The notes beneath the pieces were generated by a model. The model was not told the origin of the DNA. It saw nothing but the letters and a program-made list of their open reading frames with translations, and searched no databases. A stretch of 64,000 nucleotides of DNA, taken from the sequence record MH791398.1. The stretch is one strand, 5' to 3'. This document shows positions 8,822 through 16,265 of this stretch, in pieces (position 1 is the stretch's first letter; each line of letters starts with the position of its first letter). Position numbers and translations under genes: made by a program.

Positions 8822-9294
8822 TAGCTTCATGTGCGGCTGCAAAGCAGGTCGAACCACCAAGGCACATACTTGTTGTTGTGGTTCCGTAAATCGATCCGGT
8901 CGCACCATCACCGGACTTAATAGCATTGGCTATCCGAGCCCAACATACAAACATCATCACCCCAATGGGCTACGCCTGCAAAACGGTCTTGCTCGTTACT
9001 TTTACGCTTAGGCCCTTATGGGAATCTAAGCCTTATATTTAACGTCATAACGGACGCGCTTATGTGATGGCTTGAATCAGTGGTCATTCACAAGCAATTC
9101 TCCCTATGTAACCTTTTACCCGTCACGGACTAGAACCTTATTACAGGGAAGGAACCTACATCACCATTTGAGAAATGAGAGAGGTCGGGGTTCGGTTTTT
9201 ATTTTCTAGCTTCCACTAGATTTTTTACAAATACCGGTGGGCTACTTAAAGCGTCGATTCTCATAGACCGGACTATTGACGAGAATCCAAAATT
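8822..9294 (-). ncRNA. Candidate large structured ncRNA, segment A
   Basis: About 470 nt with no sense ORF and at least 8 hairpins, directly 3' of tRNA-Thr. Confidence 0.55.
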
Positions 9295-9370
9295 TGGAGC
9301 CGGGTGTGGGACTCAAACCCACGACCTACGGATTACAAGACCGTCGCTCTATCAACTGAGCTAACCCGGC
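9295..9370 (-). tRNA. trnT: tRNA-Thr(UGU)
   Basis: Cloverleaf, anticodon loop CTTGTAA, encoded CCA. Confidence 0.93.
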
Positions 9371-9649
9371 AGAGGATTATAATCAGGATCGTTAGACTGT
9401 GATTATATCCTAATGTAGTTGACATGCTATCACAAGGAGGAAGGACGTTCAACCGATTTTTGTCCATCTGTTCGTTGTTTGGTAAAGGACTGTTACCTCA
9501 AGTTTCACCCTGCTTGTCAAGGGGTAGTTACCATATCGTCTTTATACTACCAATCCCGCCTGAAACCTAATGGCACGTTTCAGGATATCCAGATTCTCTA
9601 TGGCTGGCTTATTCCGGGGCATACGTCGTTACCCGTTCTTTGTGCTAAG
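9371..9649 (-). ncRNA. Candidate structured ncRNA, segment B (between tRNA-Pro and tRNA-Thr)
   Basis: 8-bp stem 9559-9566/9577-9584 and 11-bp stem 9373-9384/9401-9411; no sense ORF. Confidence 0.45.
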
Positions 9650-9725
9650 TGGTCGGTGATACAGGACTCGAACCTGTGACCCTCTGGTCCCAAACCAGAC
9701 GCGCTACCAACTGCGCTAATCACCG
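9650..9725 (-). tRNA. trnP: tRNA-Pro(UGG)
   Basis: CGGTGATTAGCGCAG..., loop TTTGGGA, CCA. Confidence 0.95.
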
Positions 9726-9879
9726 AAAAGTTCCAAACCAACTGTATTTTACATACCAGATGACCACATCCCTATAATGGTTGATTTGGATTACCCCGTG
9801 CTTATCCGTAACGGTTTAAAACCGCAAGGGGGCATCGTCTCCGAGGATTTTATCAGAACGTCTTCTAACTTCTTCTATT
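9726..9879 (-). ncRNA. Candidate structured ncRNA, segment C (between tRNA-Tyr and tRNA-Pro)
   Basis: 11-bp stem 9732-9742/9780-9790 with a G-U pair only on the minus strand; CCCC/GGGG closing stem with a nested hairpin. Confidence 0.4.
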
Positions 9880-9970
9880 TGGTGGATGTTGTTGGATTCG
9901 AACCAACTTGTTTACCCAGAGGGAACGGATTTACAGTCCGCCGCCACACCGCCATCGTAGCCGAACATCC
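9880..9970 (-). tRNA. trnY: tRNA-Tyr(GUA)
   Basis: Loop CTGTAAA, long variable arm, CCA. Confidence 0.9.
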
Positions 9971-9976
9971 AGAATT

Positions 9977-10052
9977 TGGCTGGCGAGGTGGGATTCGAAC
10001 CCACGACATACGGATTAACAGTCCGCTGTTCTACCTACTGAACTACACGCCA
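9977..10052 (-). tRNA. trnN: tRNA-Asn(GUU)
   Basis: Loop CTGTTAA, CCA. Confidence 0.92.
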
Positions 10053-10053
10053 T

Positions 10054-10131
10054 TGGAAGCGGGAGGTGGATTTGAACCACCGATTTCCAGATAATGAGTC
10101 TGGCGAGAACTCCTGACTTCTCCACCCCGCT
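10054..10131 (-). tRNA. trnM: tRNA-Met(CAU), fMet-like body, atypical
   Basis: AGCGGGGTGGAG 5' end like tRNAfMet; loop CTCATTA (U37); CCA. Confidence 0.75.
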
Positions 10132-10174
10132 ATGATATTTAGGGTGGTCTTTCACCCCTTCATGAATCTTGGTC

Positions 10175-10203
10175 ATTATAACCCGGCTACATACGCGCAT
10201 CAA
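10175..10203 (-). promoter_or_regulatory. sigma70-type promoter for the downstream tRNA/ncRNA run
   Basis: TTGATG-N17-TATAAT on the minus strand. Confidence 0.65.
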
Positions 10204-10237
10204 CATCCCTTTTATAATTTAGAGAGCTATGGGACTC

Positions 10238-10477
10238 TTAACAGCTCTTATTAAGATGATCTTTCAACCGTTCTTTTTCAACACACCACGATATTTTATT
10301 TTCTTTTATCCAAGGAGGTGTATCTGACCAATAAATAACAGATAGTTTAGATATGAAATTCGATATAATCTCAATATCCCAATCAGAAAACCCGATATGT
10401 TTATATGAAATCAATTCGGTTGGAGAATTTACATCAAATGACTTTAATCCGTTATCACCAACATATTCCATTTTCAT
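10238..10477 (-). CDS. Hypothetical protein in the tRNA cluster
   Basis: 79 aa ORF. Confidence 0.55.
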   Translation of the reverse strand: MKMEYVGDNGLKSFDVNSPTELISYKHIGFSDWDIEIISNFISKLSVIYWSDTPPWIKENKISWCVEKERLKDHLNKSC

Positions 10478-10495
10478 ATCACGTTTCCCTTTATC

Positions 10496-10572
10496 TGGTG
10501 GCCCCTACTGGACTCGAACCAGTGACCAACCGATTATGAGTCGGCTGCTCTAACCAACTGAGCTAAGGGGCC
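10496..10572 (-). tRNA. trnI: tRNA-Ile2(CAU), lysidine type
   Basis: GGCCCCTTAGCTCAG...CTCATAA...GGGGCCACCA, closely resembling E. coli ileX. Confidence 0.9.
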
Positions 10573-10576
10573 AAAT

Positions 10577-10644
10577 GATATGTTCTTTAGTCGAGCCGAC
10601 TTATCCGTATTTTTTCAACGGTGAGCTGATAGCTGTAACACATC
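10577..10644 (-). ncRNA. Small cloverleaf-like non-tRNA element
   Basis: 8-bp closing stem GATGTGTT/AACATATC enclosing three short hairpins. Confidence 0.35.
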
Positions 10645-10656
10645 AATTTTAAATTT

Positions 10657-10732
10657 TGGAGCGGGTAGCCGGTAACGATCCGGTCTACTCAAACTTGGAA
10701 GGCTTGCATGTATCCATAAACACCTTACCCGC
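10657..10732 (-). tRNA. trnG: tRNA-Gly(UCC)
   Basis: Loop CTTCCAA, CCA; T-loop ATCGTTA is non-canonical. Confidence 0.85.
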
Positions 10733-10733
10733 T

Positions 10734-10817
10734 TGGTCGGGATGGACGGACTCGAACCGTCACGCCTATGGCGCTAGAACCTAAATCTAGTGTGTCTGCC
10801 AATTTCACCACATCCCG
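10734..10817 (-). tRNA. trnL: tRNA-Leu(UAG)
   Basis: Loop TTTAGGT, variable arm, CCA. Confidence 0.9.
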
Positions 10818-10894
10818 TGGTGCGCCGTACTGGATTCGAACCAGTGACCCACGCTTTAGAAGAACGTTGCTCTATCCAACTGAGCTAACAGCGC
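10818..10894 (-). tRNA. trnR: tRNA-Arg(UCU)
   Basis: Loop CTTCTAA, CCA. Confidence 0.92.
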
Positions 10895-10895
10895 A

Positions 10896-10944
10896 ATTTA
10901 TATAAACATCATATCATAGTTAGAAAGGATGTTTAACTTTTATT
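10896..10944 (-). promoter_or_regulatory. Early-type promoter, repeat copy 1
   Basis: GTTAAAC-N17-TATGAT with extended TG; 49-bp direct repeat with 11670-11718 (2 mismatches). Confidence 0.65.
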
Positions 10945-11338
10945 TGAAGTATTTTTCGAAGTAAGCGACTGGATGTCTTGCTTCTTCATCATACTCGTAT
11001 TTAGGGGTATCAGAAAACAACACCCTATAAGCAGTTTTCATCCCTGAACCATATGGTATCTCAATTTCGTCGTTAAAGTCAAATGCGATATAACCTTTTT
11101 TACGAAGGGAACGACAACTAACACTCAACCAAGGCCCACAACAGGATTTAAGTCTACCAATTGCGTAGATATCCTTACCCTCATTGTTAATATAACAATA
11201 AATCTTGTCTACATCAACACCATGGAGTTTTTTCCATTCTTCACTGGTTTGTTTGAAGATCAAACTTGATTGAACCACAGTAAGACCGTTCTTTACAAAC
11301 TTACTAATACCAAGAATATGAATATCATGTTTATTCAT
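10940..11338 (-). CDS. Hypothetical protein
   Basis: 132 aa ORF, GAG RBS. Confidence 0.65.
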   Translation of the reverse strand: MNKHDIHILGISKFVKNGLTVVQSSLIFKQTSEEWKKLHGVDVDKIYCYINNEGKDIYAIGRLKSCCGPWLSVSCRSLRKKGYIAFDFNDEIEIPYGSGMKTAYRVLFSDTPKYEYDEEARHPVAYFEKYFK

Positions 11339-11574
11339 TTTAATATCTCGATTTTTGGTAGAAAGGCTTCAAATGTTTACCACGCATAATCTTTACACAT
11401 TTACCTTTACAGTGATCTTCGTTGAAGATACTACCCCAAAGGATCCCACACATGTAATTTCTGATGTATACGTTCATATTAAGCATCTCATATTGAATTT
11501 GAGAGATGATAAACTCGTTTAACGTCCAAAAAGCTCATTCAACAAAAAGGAATTTGAGTTTATCATCTTGTATT

Positions 11575-11667
11575 TGGTGCGTGAGGTGGGAATCGAACCC
11601 ACGATGTGCCATTATGCAGTATCGGATTTTAAGTCCGATGCGTTTCAACCAACTTCGCCACTCACGC
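11575..11667 (-). tRNA. trnL: tRNA-Leu(UAA)
   Basis: Loop CTTAAAA, long variable arm, CCA. Confidence 0.9.
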
Positions 11668-11669
11668 TC

Positions 11670-11718
11670 ATTTATATAAACATCATATCACAGTTAGAAA
11701 GTATGTTTAACTTTTATT
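11670..11718 (-). promoter_or_regulatory. Early-type promoter, repeat copy 2
   Basis: Near-identical to 10896-10944; directly upstream of a tRNA. Confidence 0.65.
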
Positions 11719-11967
11719 TTTACTTTCTTTTATACCAAGTCGATATGCTTCTACACAGTATGCGTCGATCCTCGATACTGGGACCATAAAAGCTTTAGAA
11801 AGCCGAATCTTAATACGTTCGTTCTCTTTAGCCCGCTCATATAGTTTTCGAAATGGCTCAGGGTCTATAGGCTGAACAGAACATATTTGGTTTGCTATAT
11901 CTAGCGGGTATATTCTTCCACCCCAAGTTACTTTTTCTGATTCTAAAAAATTCATATCATTTCTCAC
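11707..11967 (-). CDS. Hypothetical protein
   Basis: 86 aa ORF overlapping the upstream stop codon. Confidence 0.55.
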   Translation of the reverse strand: MRNDMNFLESEKVTWGGRIYPLDIANQICSVQPIDPEPFRKLYERAKENERIKIRLSKAFMVPVSRIDAYCVEAYRLGIKESKNKS

Positions 11968-12946
11968 TCAGATAGACATCATCGTGTTTATACTCTTTAA
12001 ACTCATTGTATTTAGAGTCCGTAATTTCAAGACAGTCGCCAACTCGAATCAAATCAACTTCATTTGACCAATTTGGTTTAGTTGATTCCACAACCATAGA
12101 GTAAGGAATCTTAACATCCCATTCAACCGGAGTCAACTGAATTTTTTCTGTTTGGTTAAACCCAGCAATCTGGATTTTTGTCATCATACGAACCTTTTCA
12201 AACTGCTTGCATGTCTGACGACCATATTCCTGTGATGTTAGCACAATATCCAAGTTATTACAACCAGCATAAAAATTTTCTAATTTTGCAAATTCTTCAA
12301 TATTTTTGAAGATTGCATAAGTTGTATCGTCGTGATGAGCATAATCATTAATCTGATCTTGAGTTTTAATCAATCTGCTAAGTTCATAATGTTTTGCATT
12401 ACCAATATGAACATTATCAATCATGATCTTAACATGATTCACAAGGATATCATCTTCTGGGTCTTCACTATCTTCGGTCAACTCTTTCAGTCTTTCTTGG
12501 AGAGTTTTAAGATGTCTAGCGACTCGTTCCGGTGTTACCGGTAGCCAGTCATCTGCATCAGAAACGTCGTATACAGGTTTCTCCCACCAACAAGTAATAC
12601 CAAACTCCGAAACGAGATCGTATACATCAGACTTTACTACAATAAAAGAAGTCTCGTATTTTGTTTTGCTCCATAGGTCTGGGATTGTCCAACGATTTTC
12701 ATCGTATGGATAAAATCCATGGGCTAAGTTCTCTTTAGAGACACCATCGTTAAACATGGATACGTTTTTCATTAAGCATTCTAACGCAAGATTATCATCA
12801 ATGTCAAACTCACCATAATCGTCATACACCGCAGTAAGTGGGAAAGCACTAATACAGTGTTTACCAGCAACTGGGATCAAGCGAACTTTATCACCACCTT
12901 GAACGATTTGACGACTAACAGAACAAACAGTATTAAAACTACCCAT
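11957..12946 (-). CDS. Hypothetical protein (likely start MGSFNTVC)
   Basis: Long ORF with a GGTGGTG RBS before the ATG at 12946. Confidence 0.7.
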   Translation of the reverse strand: MGSFNTVCSVSRQIVQGGDKVRLIPVAGKHCISAFPLTAVYDDYGEFDIDDNLALECLMKNVSMFNDGVSKENLAHGFYPYDENRWTIPDLWSKTKYETSFIVVKSDVYDLVSEFGITCWWEKPVYDVSDADDWLPVTPERVARHLKTLQERLKELTEDSEDPEDDILVNHVKIMIDNVHIGNAKHYELSRLIKTQDQINDYAHHDDTTYAIFKNIEEFAKLENFYAGCNNLDIVLTSQEYGRQTCKQFEKVRMMTKIQIAGFNQTEKIQLTPVEWDVKIPYSMVVESTKPNWSNEVDLIRVGDCLEITDSKYNEFKEYKHDDVYLSEK

Positions 12947-12947
12947 A

Positions 12948-13085
12948 TCACCACCAAACCACGGTTTTGATTTCTTTGTTATCAATCCAAAATGCAGCAC
13001 GTTCAGTAACAACAAGGTGATCGTATTTTGATTTTACTACATCTTTCGCTTCGATTTCTTGACCATTTTTAAGAACTACTTTCAT
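12948..13085 (-). CDS. Small hypothetical protein (45 aa, MKVVLKNGQEIE...), not in the ORF track
   Basis: AGGATGG RBS; stop codon abuts the next start. Confidence 0.5.
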   Translation of the reverse strand: MKVVLKNGQEIEAKDVVKSKYDHLVVTERAAFWIDNKEIKTVVWW

Positions 13086-13143
13086 AAACCATCCTATCAA
13101 AAAATAAACCCCTAACGAAAATCGCTAGGGGTGTTAATACGTT

Positions 13144-13368
13144 TTACTGGCTAAGTTTGATCCGTTCATCAAACTGCATATATGAGAAAATTGCTTCGAA
13201 ATCCTGATGGACTGCAATCGTTTTTTGCTTATCGGTTCCACGAACATCAAAGGTGATATAAGAAACACCGTTCTTCTCAGAGAGACCTTTGATCAGTTTG
13301 GTGTCAATAACGGTACGAGACGCACCACCAAATTCAGACGGATCTACAATATCAGCAATAAAAATCAT
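13144..13368 (-). CDS. Hypothetical protein
   Basis: 74 aa ORF, AGGA RBS, terminator-like hairpin at about 13106-13132. Confidence 0.6.
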   Translation of the reverse strand: MIFIADIVDPSEFGGASRTVIDTKLIKGLSEKNGVSYITFDVRGTDKQKTIAVHQDFEAIFSYMQFDERIKLSQ

Positions 13369-13429
13369 TTATCTTTCCTTTTGTTATTTTATAAGGAGAT
13401 TATAACACTATAATCTCCTGTTTTTAATT

Positions 13430-14443
13430 TTAAACTTTGTTAGCTTTCAACATAAATTTCTTGACAAGAGCTTCCATCTGCGCTCCACCAGAAGAACTAT
13501 GAGATTTCATAGTATGAACAAGTTCTTTCATAACATCCATATTTTCCGGGGTTTCTGTCTCATAAAACGGAGTAGTTACAGACCAACGTTCTTTAGTACC
13601 AGTACGACCACTGATATTCCATATACCCTTTCTCATCCATGTCATACGAGAGAAGTAAATCACAGAACCGTTACCAATGTCAACTGCGAAATCATCACCG
13701 CCCAAATGTTTTCCTTCAAGTTCTTTTTTGACGAAAAGAACATAATCGGCTTTCTTGAGCGGCTTGACCTTTTTATCACCAGAAAAAGCTTTCTTTAGCT
13801 TGGTTTCTGGGAAAAGGATTTTCGGATCCTTCATAAACTTTTCAGTTTCGGATTGGTTGTAATTGCTTTGGGTCATTTTTACTTTTTTACGGTCAATCAG
13901 AACCTCAGTGAAAACACCCATCTTATCCAACTCAGGTTTATCAATACCTGCACCCAGAGCTTTGGTGATAAACACATGAGCCATTGCATTCAGATCAAAG
14001 AAAACTGTACGGTCTTCCGACGTAAATTTATAATCGACAGAAGAAGTTCCCCAAGTACCAACGGTAATTTTACGTTCAAATGTGAACTTTTTACCGCTCA
14101 TCTTTTGGAAGTAGTCAAGATAAGCCTGAGTATCAAAAAACTTGTCAAACATATGGGTTACGAAGTTAGTTACAACATGTTTCTCTTCTTCCTGTTTCTG
14201 TTTTCGCTGTGCCCATGTAGCTTCTTGGGTTGCAGGAGAACCAGATTTTCTCAGTTCTTCGTAAGCTTGGTTTACTGCCTGCATTTTTTCGGTGGAACCA
14301 CCACGGTCTGGGTGGTTATCCTTTGCTGCCTTGCGATATGCAGCCTTTAGTTGGTCATCAGTAAACTTACCAGTCAAACCAAGAGCCTTCATCGCGACTG
14401 CTTGAGTCATAGATTCAAACAGCTCATTAAACATCTTAGACAT
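13430..14443 (-). CDS. J-domain (DnaJ-type co-chaperone) protein
   Basis: ALGL...LKAAYRKAAKDNHPDRGGSTEKMQAVNQAYEEL with an intact HPD motif. Confidence 0.88.
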   Translation of the reverse strand: MSKMFNELFESMTQAVAMKALGLTGKFTDDQLKAAYRKAAKDNHPDRGGSTEKMQAVNQAYEELRKSGSPATQEATWAQRKQKQEEEKHVVTNFVTHMFDKFFDTQAYLDYFQKMSGKKFTFERKITVGTWGTSSVDYKFTSEDRTVFFDLNAMAHVFITKALGAGIDKPELDKMGVFTEVLIDRKKVKMTQSNYNQSETEKFMKDPKILFPETKLKKAFSGDKKVKPLKKADYVLFVKKELEGKHLGGDDFAVDIGNGSVIYFSRMTWMRKGIWNISGRTGTKERWSVTTPFYETETPENMDVMKELVHTMKSHSSSGGAQMEALVKKFMLKANKV

Positions 14444-14487
14444 AAAATCATTCCTTTATAAAACAGTATTTAGGCAACAACTATAGG

Positions 14488-14643
14488 TTACATCTCTTTG
14501 TTTTCGTTGTCAACTGTTTTTAACCAATCCAACCACTCCCGCACGGTCATACCTTCTGGTTTATAGATTGTATCTCCTTCAACTGCGATTCGCATCCGTT
14601 CTAGATCAAAATCAAAGTAGTCATCCATTTGAATATCTTCCAT
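14488..14643 (-). CDS. Small hypothetical protein (51 aa, MEDIQMDDYFDFDLERMRIA...), not in the ORF track
   Basis: Clean ORF immediately after the gp57A terminator. Confidence 0.5.
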   Translation of the reverse strand: MEDIQMDDYFDFDLERMRIAVEGDTIYKPEGMTVREWLDWLKTVDNENKEM

Positions 14644-14649
14644 AAAAAG

Positions 14650-14679
14650 AAAGGGGGTTGCTTAATAGCAACCCCCTTT
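14650..14679 (-). terminator. Terminator after gp57A
   Basis: AAAGGGGGTTGC-TTAATA-GCAACCCCCTTT. Confidence 0.85.
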
Positions 14680-14685
14680 ATAACA

Positions 14686-14910
14686 TTATTCTTTTACAAC
14701 TTCAACCTGATTTTGTTTCAGATGATTGATTTTATTCAGATAGAACTGAATGTCGGAAGATTCTTCTTTGTCTAGTTCGAGTGCTTCTGCGAGCATACTA
14801 AAGATTTTAGCATTTTGTTGACTAATTGCTACTGATTCTTCACTCATATCAAAAATACGGGCTTTCAGTACGATGATGTCACTAGACAGTTTTTGAATTT
14901 GTTCTTGCAT
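14686..14910 (-). CDS. 57A: Tail fibre chaperone gp57A
   Basis: QKLSSDIIVLKARIFD resembles T4 gp57A QKLSAEIVTLKSRILD; follows gene 1. Confidence 0.8.
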   Translation of the reverse strand: MQEQIQKLSSDIIVLKARIFDMSEESVAISQQNAKIFSMLAEALELDKEESSDIQFYLNKINHLKQNQVEVVKE

Positions 14911-14922
14911 TTTATTTTCCTA

Positions 14923-15666
14923 TTAGATAATTGATTTGATATTTTTCTTAAGAGCTTCTAATGTACCATCATTAAAAACTATAATATCACTTGCCGATGG
15001 TTCTAAACCACGCTCGGTGATATGTGAATCGGTTGATACGATTCCAGTCTTACAAATAAAGATTACTTTAGCACCATTATCACGACAAAATTGCATTTCG
15101 TGAGCCTGTCTTACATCGGTTATAATGATGTCTTTCCCATCATCCGGGATACACTCTAACCAATAATCACGTCTTACATTGACAACTAGATCCGTACCAA
15201 GAACTTGCATTAGTCTACGAATAGACCATTTATATTTATTTTCAATTTCTGCTGCTTTTTTCTTATTACCAAAGAATTCAGCAAAGCCAATACACAACAT
15301 ATCTTTTATTGTCATTTTGTCACTAGATCTAAATTCAGAGACAGAATTGAAAAGTTTGTGCATTTCACCGAATGTGAAATTGTTGTGTCTATGGCAGAAC
15401 ATTATAGCATTATTCAGAAGACTCTTTAATTCTAAAGTAGTCAAGCCCAAATCTTGCTCTCGGTCATATTCAGTTTCTCCATTAACATCAGAAAAGCTGA
15501 TATCTTTTGTTTTCTGAATACGTTGTAATCCATTATGGATGGATTTTTTAATTGGGTGAGCTAGAGCATATGGAACAGCCCCGGTGAGTTCTTGGATGAA
15601 CTTAGAGGCTGTATCTTTACCCGTTCGTTTCAAACCAGAAATAGCGTATATCATATAGTACCTCAT
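14923..15666 (-). CDS. 1: Deoxynucleoside monophosphate kinase
   Basis: GLKRTGKDT P-loop, WSIRRLMQVLGTD, IIITDVRQAHE, HITE. Confidence 0.92.
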   Translation of the reverse strand: MRYYMIYAISGLKRTGKDTASKFIQELTGAVPYALAHPIKKSIHNGLQRIQKTKDISFSDVNGETEYDREQDLGLTTLELKSLLNNAIMFCHRHNNFTFGEMHKLFNSVSEFRSSDKMTIKDMLCIGFAEFFGNKKKAAEIENKYKWSIRRLMQVLGTDLVVNVRRDYWLECIPDDGKDIIITDVRQAHEMQFCRDNGAKVIFICKTGIVSTDSHITERGLEPSASDIIVFNDGTLEALKKNIKSII

Positions 15667-15707
15667 CTTTTTGTTTATTATACCCCAAGACGAAGTATCT
15701 TTAGATT

Positions 15708-16265
15708 TTACTTTTGGAATGGGTGTCCTGCACCAATACCGACCGGGTTTTGTTTTGGTAGAATTTCCAAATCATTGACACCAACAACACTCATAGATGA
15801 ATAACTAAACGTTACATTACCTATAAGGGCTGGGTTTCCGTCATCAACATAGGACAATTCTATATCGTCCAATGAACTCGGGAATGGGTCGTGAAACTTG
15901 AAAGTCAATACTATATTCTTTTTTGAGTTATCCAGAATATGAACCAAAATAGATCTAGGTCTAGCACCCGGTAGATGGGCAGTGGAATTGAAAGTTCTAC
16001 TATCAGTAACAGAGATCATCCATTGATACAACTCTTTATAAGATTCGAAATTTTCATCAATCAAAAATCTAATCCTAAATGGTTCGTAAATGATCTTCGA
16101 ACCCGGCATAAGCCCGGACGTCATCTGATTTATCGAAACCCTCGTTATATCCATTTCCATAGTTGGAAGAACAACGGATTGAGCTGATGTTACAAAGTTA
16201 GCGGTTGTGTTTGCGTCTGGGATTTCCAGACGCATGTTTGTTATGTGTGCTTGATTATGTATCAT
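15708..16265 (-). CDS. 3: Tail tube terminator / sheath stabiliser gp3
   Basis: PGSKIIYEPFRIRFLIDENFESYKELYQWM...HILDNS. Confidence 0.9.
   Translation of the reverse strand: MIHNQAHITNMRLEIPDANTTANFVTSAQSVVLPTMEMDITRVSINQMTSGLMPGSKIIYEPFRIRFLIDENFESYKELYQWMISVTDSRTFNSTAHLPGARPRSILVHILDNSKKNIVLTFKFHDPFPSSLDDIELSYVDDGNPALIGNVTFSYSSMSVVGVNDLEILPKQNPVGIGAGHPFQK

Noticed and set aside
8829-9011. Plus-strand Cys-rich 60-aa ORF (MCGCKAG...CCCG)
   Set aside because: Antisense to the transcribed tRNA cluster, no RBS; better explained by the structured RNA
8822-9879. tmRNA, RNase P RNA, group I intron or hammerhead as the identity of the structured region
   Set aside because: No tmRNA tRNA-like ends, no GAGGAAAGUCC, no paired P7 GACUA/UAGUC in the right order, no CUGANGA...GAAA core found by eye; cmscan is still needed
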